Shown: one piece after another, positions 1 to 11,000 of the stretch
How positions within the stretch are numbered: position 1 is the first letter of the stretch
Layout: every line of letters starts with the position of its first letter
Assembly: GCF_000143415.4 (NCBI RefSeq)
Contig: NW_003314274.1
Location: 792,785-816,686 of the forward strand
Direction of reading: 5' to 3'
Origin: Selaginella moellendorffii
Taxonomy: Eukaryota; Plantae; Lycopodiophyta
Length of the DNA stretch: 23,902 bases
The notes under the pieces: model-generated
What the model was told of the DNA's origin: nothing
Databases searched by the model: none
The model's input: only the letters and a program-made list of their open reading frames with translations
Translations under genes and position numbers: made by a program

Positions 1-840
1 ATATATTGTCTTTAAGAATCTATCAAATTCACTATACTTTTATAGCTATATAAGATTTTATTTTTGCTCAAGTTTAATAGTCATTAGCTCTGCCCAACCA
101 ATTCTAAGGAAAGTTGGTGAAATGATGAAGGTACCGCTTGTGCTCCAAAACATGACCTCGTTGTAGATAGCCATGTTAAGGTTGTAAGCTGAGTGCACCC
201 AATGGCTTTGAACCAACTGGCTCAAAATAACCAAAAAACACTAAAGGCCATTCCATGCCATTTCCTATAACACTTTATTGACTATTTGTTTTTTAGGTTG
301 GATAATCATGTCTTGAACATGATTATTCAAGATAGTGTCAGAATCATACATACATCACCACCACTAACTCCTTCTACCCCACTAACCTTAGGAGTAGTAG
401 GAGCAACTACTATGCCCCTAGTAGCCTTTGTAATAAATCCAGCTACAATGCTACTAATAGCCTTCTTAGTAGACTCATCTACCTTGCCACAAATAGCCTC
501 AACAACCAAAGGCACAATTGCCCCACCACCACTAGCATCATATGCAAATACCCTACCACTAGTAACTGCAACCTTAGAAGCACCAGTACCAACACCCTCA
601 ACAACACTAGCATCAAGATTGATTTGAGAGTCAATTTTAACATCCATGTCATTATTATGTTTTTCATTGTCTTCTTCAACACGACCAATAGCAACTTCAC
701 CGGATACTTAGGATGAATCTCCACTCAATCAACCAAACCCATAGTAATTAAGGCGACTGCCTTTTACTAGAGACTAGGACCATTAAAGTTGGCTTTGACA
801 CTTCCTTTAAAATAAAAAACAAAATACTCTAGCATCTAAC
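1..840 (-). pseudogene. Decayed, unidentified coding fragment (Gly/Val/Ala-rich low-complexity ORF 327-647), probably TE-derived
   Basis: Minus ORF MDVKIDSQINLDASVVEGVGTGAS... extends upstream in frame (GEVAIGRVEEDNEKHNND). There is a possible GT..AG intron at ~785-840 on the minus strand. No recognisable domain. Confidence 0.25.
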
Positions 841-1000
841 TTGTAAAGTAAAGCAAATTTACGGCATTTTAAGTTCAATTCCCCTCTTAGAAATTCCAGT
901 TAGTCAAGCTTGATTTATATTTGCTTTCACAAGAAATTTTTGTAAGTAAATGATATGAAAAATAGATTGTAAAATATAAGAAAGTGCAAAAAAAAAAAAT

Positions 1001-1535
1001 GTGGTTGGTTTATATGAAAACTAACCTCACCCTACCTCTCTAAAATTTAGAAAACAAAAATTTTTAAGATTAAAAAGGCCTCAAGAAAAAAGAAAAACAT
1101 GATAAAAATAAATAAAAGGTTGGTTTATGCAAGAACTAGCATCTTCCACCCTCCCGTTTTCACAAAAAGTACCTCATCAAGCCCTTAAAATTAAAAAAAA
1201 GCCTTGCAAATGTTGATTTGCTCAAGAACTAATAATAAAGATCTTACCCCCAAAAACAAGAAAAAAACAAAGAAAGCTCACCTTAGGGAAAACAAAGGTG
1301 ACGAGCCGTTAGTTCACGTATGAACTAATATCTCTCACCTCTTCAAAAAGGAAAAAAAATGAAATGGGGTAGAGATAAGTAAAAAATTAAAGAAAAAATA
1401 AAATAGAATGCTAAAAGATGTCAATTCATATGAGAACCGACATCTCCATCCTTCAAGAGAAAACAAAAGTCAAGAAAAAAAATCTTTAATGGAAGAAAGA
1501 AAATGAAGAAATTGATTTACATGCAAACCGACTTC
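1001..1535. repeat. Array of six imperfect palindromes (consensus ~GATGTCGGTTC-N6-GAACCGACATC) separated by A-rich spacers
   Basis: Copies start at ~1001 (GTGGTTGGTTTATATGAAAACTAACCTC), 1117, 1210, 1303, 1416 (AGATGTCAATTCATATGAGAACCGACATCT) and 1508. Period is ~92-116 bp. Most copies are followed by a CTCCACCCT-like tract. Confidence 0.75.
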
Positions 1536-1589
1536 AAGGAAAGATACTTTGATTGAGGAATGCCTTAAAGTGCATTACATAATTGAAGT

Positions 1590-1735
1590 GTCTTTCTCTC
1601 ACCCTTCCTTACTCAAATGCACCTTTCTCTTGCCTTGCTCAAACATGCCTTTCTCTTGCCTTTCCTTGCTCAAACTCTAGCCATAAAACCTTAAAAATCA
1701 ATAGTCGTGATCAACAATCATGATCAATAGTCATC
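1590..1735. repeat. Two short tandem repeats: ~3x 27-31 bp (CCTTTCTCTTGCC..TTGCTCAAA) and 3x 13 bp (GATCAATAGTCAT)
   Basis: Direct reading of 1590-1676 and 1697-1735. Confidence 0.6.
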
Positions 1736-1789
1736 TTTTTTTTATAGCGATTAATAGACACAATCATTCAAGCTTTAGATATTAAGATA

Positions 1790-2017
1790 TATGTAATTGA
1801 TTGTGAGAAGAATAATATTGTTGAAATGAATAGGGTTATGAGCAAGAAGCATTGATCAATCATAAGAGTTGTAGTATTGATTACTTGTTCTTCCTCTCAT
1901 TTCCATGCTCTTTTCCTTTCAAAAGAGTTTCATTCTTTTGTAACAAGTAAGAGAGAGTCAAACTTGGAGAGGTTGGTTTATATGTGGTTTATTATTCCTC
2001 TCACAATCAATTATACA
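1790..2017. mobile_element. ~230-bp element bounded by 26-28 bp inverted repeats (MITE or small solo LTR)
   Basis: TGTAATTGATTGTGAGAAGAATAATA (1792-1817) vs TATTATTCCTCTCACAATCAATTATA (1990-2015): reverse complements with 2 transitions. No clear TSD. Confidence 0.55.
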
Positions 2018-2286
2018 ATTATTATAGGTGGCTCTTTAAGATTCTTATATATCTCTAGATTCTAAAAGGTTATATATTTTGTTAAAATAATTAACTTGTC
2101 CTTTGCAAGGATAGAGCTAATTAAAACTCACAATATGAAAGAATATCTTTGTTCTTTCTTGTCAATTTCTCTGCAAATATTTTTTAAATGCTCGAGCAGG
2201 GAGAAGATATAAAAGAATTTTACTTAAAGTTTGATCGAAAACCTTTAATTGTTTTTTTTAAGAGTGTTATAGGAAGGAGCTTCCGA

Positions 2287-4620
2287 TGCAGAAAATTCAA
2301 GTTGAAGCCAAGATCAATTAATCTAAAGAATGTATGTCACGATAAGAGTAATTAGATAGAAAAATCCATTTTTCTTAATAATGGTGTGGCAAAAAATGGG
2401 ATTCGATGGGATCTTGATAAATGTACAAATTAGGAGATTCTTGTTACAAGATCTCTAAAGTGAGGAAAGGAGAGTGCATCAATTTCACAACCAACTGTGC
2501 AAAGAGTGAAGAATGATGTTATTCTTTCTAGTGACGAAAATAAAGAAGATGAGCTTCTTAACATAATTTCTCACACAAAGAGGTGTGTTCCTTCTAAATT
2601 AGTTTTTAAAGTGGTGGATAAAGCATTTCAGCAATCTTGATCATTATAACTAGAATTGAAAGAATTTGAATATATGAAAGGTGAAGAGTTTTTGTCTTTT
2701 TATAATGGGAATATATTCTTTAAATTTCCATTAGCTAATTCATCAAGCAAGAAAAGGGGCATGGAAATGTATTTTGATCCATATAATTGATGCAAGGTAA
2801 AAACAACTTACTTCCCCCATTTTAATGGATTCTTATCCATAGTCTATTGTGGTGGACAACTTGAGTGTGTCACTAAAAATGCATTTTTAATTATGGCAAG
2901 AATATATGTTTTTTTGAAGGCTTAATGATTAAACCCCTTATGTGCAATGGGGTTGTTATAGGGTTTAGATGTCATAAATATGGGGCAATACCTATATATT
3001 GAGTATGTTTTAATGCAAGGATGTATTATTTTCTTCCACGAAATGGCTGTTTAGGCAAAATAGCAATGCACATTAGACATCACGAACACACAATAGAGGA
3101 AGGAATCCATCATAATTATTTTCACAATTTAAAGGTTGCTATAACTATAAAGGCTGGGAAAAAAAGTGCTACAACTTCAAAGTGTGTTCAATAATCTATA
3201 TTAAAAGATTATGTAGTTGACACATTGCTACAATCTAATAGCAAAATAGAGTTCACAGAGAACAAATTGAAGGACTTGCTTTGAAATATAGAACCTATAA
3301 CAAATTTAAATAGATATAAGATTAATACTTAACTTTACTTTGTCACTAATAATACTCTTTTTTTATGGCAGAATAAAGAACTGGATGCGAGAAGGGTGAG
3401 ATGGAAAGCTTCAATCTAGATTAGATGCAATTTTGGAGCTAAAGAGAAAATGTTTTTATAAGTTTATTCATAGGAGCATTTTTGTTGCTCAAGTGTCTTC
3501 GAATAGTCAACACCCTTCATTTTTAAGATATCAACCCTTAATCTTGCTTCTAGTGTAGACTTTATACAATGAATGGATATGGATGGAAATGAGGATTTGG
3601 CTAATTTTTGGATTCATTTTGATCACATGGAATGAATTTTAGGCTAGTCAACTATAGGAACCCATATTTATGATCACAAGTAAGTGACTTTTTATTTTTT
3701 AAAGATTCCATATTAGTTTACATCATATCTATTCCTTTTTTAGGTTGCAATGCAACTTCACTATAGCTATAGCTAAATTTAAGATTTGGGATTTCTAATC
3801 TAAGCTCAAATTATGTTTTAGACATGTATGTTTGAGGTTGTTGAACATCAAACCAGGAAAAAACCCAATTTCCATGGTTTTATAACAAATACTACTAATG
3901 CTAACTAGTTGGCTGTGTAGCAAGTGTTTGGAGGTAATAAAAGTCAGTTATTACAAGGTAAAAAGAAGAGTTGTGAGTTTCATTGGACAAAGAATGTCAA
4001 CAAACATTGTTAATGCATCAAGTCTAACTTCCATCACAAGTTCAAGTAGCTTTGTCGATAATTAATAGATACACCAACTAAAGAGGAGTACGAGGCAAAG
4101 GCAAATGAGATGCACATATAGTGGCATGAAGGAAACAAAATGCCAATTGAACACCTTCTATAGATGGAATGCTAATTTGTATGGTGGGAAGTTTAAATGT
4201 TTTAATGAGGCTATTATATTCTTTATGTAAGTTTTCTCTCATTTTCTTTTCCTATCACATTCAAATGTTGCATTTTTCTTAAGATCAAACACTTGATGAC
4301 ATTGCACTTATACCAACAATTAATCTCTTTGAGAGCAAATATTGAAGTTGGAGAACTTCTAAAGTAGGGAAAAGAAAAGTGTCACTAAATCTCTTGAGCA
4401 ATTATCAAAAACTTTGGCTACACAAAAAGCAAGATTTACTGATACAAGTTTAAACTTAGACAATCTTCAAGAGTAGGTAGAATGACAACACTAGCAGCAA
4501 GGTCAATATCTAAAATGGTGGAGGAAGTTGTTGCTAGAACTTCTATGGAATTAACTTATGAACCATTTAGGGATACTATATTTCTGGATCCACAACTTAA
4601 TTATTTCAAAGCCAAAAGAG
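2287..4620 (+). pseudogene. Degenerate Mutator-like (MULE) DDE transposase with N-terminal GCM/WRKY-type zinc-binding domain and spliceosomal introns
   Basis: Manual translation gives FDPYN*CKVKTT...CGGQLEC...CHKYG...CFNARMY...HIRHHEH (2761-3089) and WIHFDH (first D 3621) ...THIYDHK. It continues PNFHGFITN...AN*LAV*QVFG (second D site, now N), then SCEFHW (MULE CxxH, 3972-3986) and PTINLFES (catalytic E 4331). Introns GTAAGT..AG lie at 3680-3743 and 4227-4283. Many stops and frameshifts. The start coordinate is approximate. Confidence 0.8.
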
Positions 4621-4855
4621 TGTAAGCTTCTTAATTTGGACTTCTTAGGATGTCACCCAACTTAGTACTCTTCAAACCTAAAAATGCTTAACCTTTAAGT
4701 ATTTTAAAACTTTTAACCGATTGAAAAAGGAGTGCACTCTTGTTTATAGGCACTTTCCCTCTATATTTGAACCCTTATAATTTGTCTCTTTGTTCTCTTT
4801 AGTTATTTATAATATATTATAGCTCTCCCGAGAACCTACACTCTACCCTTGGGTC
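4621..4855 (-). mobile_element. Cassandra TRIM fragment: LTR (4621-4811) with 5S rRNA-derived domain plus a deleted piece of internal region
   Basis: Starts TGTAAGC and aligns along its length with the LTRs at 13392-13586 and 13792-13974. 4638-4693 is the reverse complement of a 5S-like A-box/C-box segment. 4822-4855 resembles the Cassandra internal region at ~13644-13687. Confidence 0.85.
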
Positions 4856-4856
4856 C

Positions 4857-5828
4857 CATTTTGAGGTGCCAACTCGTTAGAATACAACTTCTTGTATTCA
4901 TATCCTACCTATAAGGACCACGCATGCAAGTGTTATTCTGACACTTGATTATTTTCCATTCCTTATGGGCTGCCTTTGCCCTTTAGGACTATTTGTCCAT
5001 ATGATAAAAATACCAACTCATCCTCTGAGCACACCCTCAACTCTTTGGGTTTGGTTCAACATTTATAAAAGGTAGCCCCGGCTACCATTTCAAGGACTTG
5101 TGTCCTCGTCCATATTTAACCCCTCTTATAGTCATTAATTCCGGTCTCAAATTCATGAGCACCAACCTCAACTATATAAGGATAATCTTGTGATTCCTTT
5201 ATTATTTTGGAGTTTCTGATCCCAACTATAGTTGTTTACCACAACTATATTAGTCAGTTTGCTAAGTCAAACACTCATCTGGATCACATCCTCAACTCTC
5301 TAAGGAAACCTTATATTGTTCCCAAGATCGCAAAGTTGTTCTATTATTAACTCTTTTCTATCCACCACCTCGCCTACAAGTTCACACATGAACTGTAGTG
5401 GAGAGCTATGTCTTCCTGACTTACTACTCCTCAAGGATAGGCCCACTCCTAGGACTTTCCAATGCCAACACCAGTGGTGATATACTTGAGCACCAATAAA
5501 AATCGGACTAAGGAACAGCTCTGATACCAAGTTGTAAGCGACTAAATTTTCCATTTTACTTTAGTCACTTAGCCACACTTCCAACCACTTGAAGGAGTCT
5601 CACTCACAACCTCCATAAGTTATATTCCGAACTTGGGGCTTGCTATCCCTGAGAATAGCATCCATACCACTCAACCTTTGCACTTGGTCCAAGTGCTTCA
5701 TGTGTCCAATCCCATGACCAACACCCCAAGGTACCACTGATTTATCAGCCCATTACGCTAAGGCCATGTCCCTTTACCTTAGTCACACCGGTGGTCTAAC
5801 ACCACCTACATCACAGTCCTGTCTCACA
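4857..5828 (-). mobile_element. Copia-like LTR retrotransposon 5' fragment: LTR (5533-5828), tRNA-iMet PBS (5518-5529), decayed gag
   Basis: GCTCTGATACCA is the reverse complement of TGGTATCAGAGC and sits 3 nt from an LTR reading TGTAAG...CTCACA. Homologous to 14560-15478, with homology ending at the LTR terminus in both copies. Minus translation LRLVLMNLRPELMT resembles Copia gag (FLxGLxxEFxxVRSQI). Confidence 0.8.
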
Positions 5829-5849
5829 AAGACTAGACCATCCATCCAT

Positions 5850-7090
5850 GAGTGATATCCCAAATCCACTCCTTAGCATCTTTAGGATGCTCGTAGACAG
5901 GGGGAATAACTTTCCCCAATATCCTTTTTCCAGTCCCCTACAAGTGCTTTTCTGTCCATGGCCGTGTTTGCCAACACTACCACTGGGTCAAGGCCCACAG
6001 GCCCGATCACTAAGTTCCACAATCCTTTGGGACTTCCTCACCACACGACTGTATCCTTGGTCACTACACCAGAGGATTGTTCTTTTTCCTTCCCACAATT
6101 TGGGCCTTTGGGACAATATTTTGGAACACCGTGCCCCTACGCGAGCCTTGCGGGTACTCTCCCCGCCTTCCGCCTTTGGGTGCTCTAGCCATGGGCTTAG
6201 AGTGAGTTTCCATTGAGCCATGCTAGGTCCAAGTAGGTAGTGCCATCCTTGCTTGGATTGAGAGCATCGACCATTCGATCTCCTAGCGGAATTAGAGTTG
6301 GCTCTTGAACACTTCACCAAGCTACCCCGCTTATCAGTCCGTATTCACTTTAGTCTTGGACTTCCCAGTGGTCAACTCATCACCCAACACCTGGGTACAG
6401 CCTTCCTGGGCCAAATTGGCTCCACTGGGCTCCAACCCCCACACTCTCTCTACTATACTTTTGGAACCCCTACGGTCACTTTGGGCTTTCACCCAACAGC
6501 CTGTATTAGTATTCAGACTTGGGCTTGGACTCGGTCTCGGTTCTGGTTTCAGACTCGGACTCGGACTCGGTCTCGGTCTCGGTCTCGGTTCCATCTCGGA
6601 CTCTATCTCGGGTCCATCTCAAACTCCATCTCGGGTCCATCTCAGACTCCATCTCGGGTCCATCTTGGACTTCATCTTGGGTCCATCTCGGACTCCATCT
6701 CGAGTCCATCTCAGACTCTATCTTGGACTCCATCTTAGGTCCATCTCGGACTCCATCTTGGACTCCATCTCGGGTCCATCTCAGACTTCAACTCAGGTCC
6801 ATCTCGAACTCTATCTCGGACTCCATCTCGGACTCCATCTCGGGTCCATCTCGGACTCCTCCATGTGTCATGTGTTGGTCCTCTTGTGTCCCTTTTCTAG
6901 AGACTCACTTATTGCTTACTTTGTGCTTGTTCCTCAAGCACTTTGTTAGGAGTTCCACTCCCGCACTCGACTTTTCAAGTTGGAGCTTGTAGTCCAAATG
7001 TGTTATGCTCGTTTGGCTTTAGTTTCGGCCACTACCACGTGGCACCCTTTCAACTCCACTTTGGGGCCTAGAGATTTTGTGTCTCACACA
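5850..7090 (-). mobile_element. Probable solo LTR related to the 21532-22677 LTR family
   Basis: 6450-6515 (CTACTATACTTTTGGAACCCC...CTTTGGGCTTTCACCC..AGCC...TTAGTAT) matches 22062-22148. GC-rich block of similar length, ending GTCTCACA(CA) at 7088/7090. Boundaries and TSD are uncertain. Confidence 0.5.
6516..6860. repeat. Compound tandem repeat: hexamer CTCGG(A/T) run (6516-6590) followed by >20 copies of a 12-mer (CTCCATCTCGGG / GTCCATCTCGGA)
   Basis: Direct reading. Variants are mostly CpG decay (CTCGG to CTCAG or CTTGG). Confidence 0.95.
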
Positions 7091-8026
7091 CCACAGCATT
7101 TGCTGGATATATATAAAGCGATAGTGGGGAGGCTTGCCAGCAGTTGGATCCCAAAGCCATGGTTGTGTGAGAAATTTTTCTAAAGTTTGCATTGGCCAGT
7201 GGGAGACCACCACAGCTCCGGTGCTCATTGACTCCGAGCGAGGCAAGATAGGCATCTAACATGTGTCACCAGTGGAGTCCTGTCCCCATGCCCATTCTTT
7301 TTAGCTCGCCCTAGATGCCCTGCCGCAATTGAGCTAACACTGCTAGATCAGTGGCAATCACAACAATTGCACTTCTTCCTGCAGAGCATTGGGTCGACAA
7401 TTGCTAATTTGGCCCCCAACCCCAACAATCTGGATTTTTATGTTCTGTGAAAATTTGAGATGTCTTCATTTGTGTTTGTGGGTGCCATCCAGCAACAGAG
7501 CTGGAGCTAGAGCCAGCCTTCATGGCCAGAACCATCAAAGAGTTTGCAGTCTCTATCCTTCTGCGAGAGAGAACAAGCCTAAGGTGAGTTTTCGACTCTA
7601 CCCACCTCTCACAGCTCAAATGTCATTGTATTATAAAAAGCATGGGAGGGTTTTTGAGTACTCACCATGCCCTGGAAAATGTGTGCCAGCTCTATGTCTA
7701 GGTTTTGTTGGTTGCTAGATTAGTCTCTTTTGTTTACAGCTTAAGGTGTGTACAGATTGTGCTCTCACTATATAGTCTTTGAATTTTTTATTTTTATTTT
7801 CTTTTCCATGTAAGAACGCAAGTTTTGGCTTTTACTTAAAACCTCTGAAAATTTTAAGATAAGTTCTTTGATTTTCTTTTAGATTGATGCATCGCTTGCA
7901 TCTACTTCTTGCCTTAAGTTTGAATTTGCACTAGATAGATTTATTTTATTTCATTTATTAAACAAAACTTCCTCCCTAGCAAATATTCCTTGGCTTTGTG
8001 AAGTATTAAAAGGCATACATCACCAG

Positions 8027-11000
8027 TTGCCTCCAACTATTGATACTAGCACATATATTTATACTCACAACAACCTTGCATATGCTAATGAAGAAACTAA
8101 TTTAGACTTTGCACATGCTAATGCAAAAACTACTTCAGATCTTGACAATACTAATACAAACATAGCACATGCTGATGAAGGTCATACAAATATAAACTTT
8201 GAAAATGCTAATGAAACTAATACAAATGCATGTAATCATCACAGTTATATTGTCTATAAATTAGCACATCAAAAGAATTATAATAACCATATAACACATA
8301 TATTTAATATTGGAAACATGTCATCCATGTGTTTTTTGTGGTGCATTACATTTTGAAAATGAGTCAAGATTAATGTGCTGCCAAAATGGAAAGGTTTCCC
8401 TTCCCCAACTTTCATCTTTACCTACTATATTGCGTATGCTTTTTAATAAAAATAAAAATTTCAACTTTAAAATTAACATAAGAAATTTCAACAGTGCTTT
8501 GGCTTTTGCATCAATGAGTGTTAATGTTGATAATTTAAGTGGTAAAAGCCCATATTGCTTTAGAATATATGGTCAAATTTATCACAATATTGCTTTAGCA
8601 TATCCTGTTGATAATGTGCCACCATTATATGGATAAATTTACATGTTTGACGAATCTGAGGCTACAAATATTAAAAAGAAAAACCTATTCAACACAAATT
8701 GTGATTCTAATTTGTTACTACAATTAGATCACTTGCTAAAAACAATAAACCCATACGCACAAGATTTTCAAATGATGTATGATCTTGAATCACAAAAAAA
8801 ATATCACTCAATTTGCAATGGAACTCCAAAATGTGGTGTTTATATGATTGTTAAAAATGAAGGTATTAATCTATATTGTTATAAATTGCCATGGACTAAT
8901 GATGTTGTTATTGTTTTTGCTATTGATGAGGGTAAGCCATCTCTTAATAGAGAAATATGTATACATCCATATAACTCACAGCCAAAAAAAATTTCCATTC
9001 TTAATGAAAATTATAATCCTATGGTTTATCCTTTACTTTTACTATTTAGTGATAAAAGTTGGCATGAAAAAATCTACCACAATGAGTCACATGTAACGCT
9101 ACTTTAGTACTATGCATATTGATTATCTCAACGAAATAACATTGGCAACTCTTTCCTTTATGATCAATTGTTACATGCTAAGAAGCTCACCTAACAATTT
9201 ATGGTTGATTCTTATGTAAAGGTTGAATCTAACAACTTTAATTTCTTTCACACTCATCAAAAACACTTAAAAGTGGATTATTACACAGGTTTTATGGACT
9301 ATATTAGCAATAGAGTTACTATTAATAATGTTGAACTTGGAAAAGTTATAATTTTGCCTTTTACATTTCTTAGTAGCCTATGAGCAATGCAACAACATTA
9401 TTAAGATGTTATTGCTATTATCACACATTTTGAAAAACCTGACTTATTTATTATATTTACATGCAACCCAAAGTGGCATGAAATTGTGCAAAACTTACAA
9501 CCAAATGAATCACTTGAAGATCAATTTAATCTTATTTCAAGAGTTTTCAACTTGAAACTTAAAGAATTCCTACATGATATAAATATCAAAGGAATTTTTG
9601 GGAAGTGTATTGTATATGTTTATGTTATTAAATTCCAGAAAAGAGGTTTACCTCATTATCATTTCTTAATAATGTTATTAAGTGAAGACAAGATAAAAAA
9701 TCATGACTCGGTTGACTAATTTGTCATTGCATAGTTGCCACACTTACTACTAGAACCAGAATTACATACCATAATTATAATTCATATGATATATGGTCCA
9801 TATGGTTATCTAAAATCTTAGAAGTCCTTGCATGGAAAATAACAAATAATCTAAGATTTATCCAAAAGAATTTAATGTTGAAACCATTTATTGTGTTATG
9901 GTTATCTTGATTACTACTGACCCAATAACAGACGCATTTTCATAAAAAATGGTTATACTATTAATAATAGATGGGTTGCTCTTTATAATAAATACCTTTA
10001 TAAAAAATATAAAGCACACATCAATGTAAAGATTTGTGCTTTTATTAAAAGTATTAAATATTTATTTCAATATGTGTATAAAAGTTATGACTGTACAACA
10101 TTAGAATTCTTAACTGCATTTGAAAGACGAGGGACTTTAAATTGAGATGAAATCTCAAGCTTTGTGGATGCTTGATATATTTTTGCTCCTGAAGCCATAT
10201 GGCATATATTTAAGTTTTATATGCATGATAAATCACTAACTATTATACACATTCTAGTTTATTTACCTAATTTTCAAAATTTCTATTTCATACTAAGTCA
10301 TGAACAAAAAGCACTAGAAAGAGCCACTCAAAATGGAATAATGCTTACACAATAGTTCAATTTAAACATGCAAGATACTAATTCAAGGCAATACACATAT
10401 ACTTAAATTTTGTTGGACTACACATATAATAAATCCTCTCATAAATGGCAATTACGCTAGTGAAATGTTAAATTCATACCAAGAATGTATTCTATATCTC
10501 CTTTTAATAGTGAGTTGTACTACTTGTGGCTTATATTACTCCATAAAAAAGGTGCTATATCATTTGGGGATATATCTATTGTCGAAGGTGTTATTTTCTT
10601 CACTTTTAAACAAATAGCTATGGCAATGGGACTTTTAATAAATAATTCAGAATGACAACATTGTATACAAGAAGTTTCTACTTTTAAAATGCCATCCCAA
10701 TTAAGACAGTTATTTATTTTTATTTGTTTGTATTGTTCTCCAAAAGATCCAAATCTATTATGGGATAATTTAAAAATTGTTATGTCTGAGGATTATGCTA
10801 GAAATGATATAAACTATAGTGATATTACTTTACTCGATATTAAATCAAAATTCCAACCACACAATAAATCTAATTGTGATTTTGGTTTACCACTCCCAAC
10901 TCTTACTCCCATTATCGCTTAATACACAGATCCCTTATCCATCACAAAACCAAATTAATGCAAACATAAATCAATTCAATCATGAATAATGTTATATTTT

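Noticed and set aside
286-627. 113-aa plus-strand Thr/Pro-rich ORF
   Set aside because: Antisense shadow of the low-complexity minus-strand ORF, with a non-ATG start.
1001-1535. CRISPR array
   Set aside because: Eukaryotic context, highly degenerate repeats, low-complexity A-rich spacers of 65-90 bp, and no cas genes.
6298-6992. ORFs of 146-214 aa in several frames
   Set aside because: Artefacts of a 6/12-bp tandem repeat that lacks stop codons. They are open on both strands and give repetitive peptides.
5844-7095. TSD for the solo-LTR-like block (CCATG/CCACA from ancestral CCACG)
   Set aside because: It needs boundaries that do not give matching TG...CA termini, and alternative boundaries give no TSD.
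7389-7718. 109-aa ORF or captured exon upstream of the Helitron (donor AAG|GTGAGT at ~7583)
   Set aside because: No recognisable protein similarity, and a single splice-like motif is insufficient.
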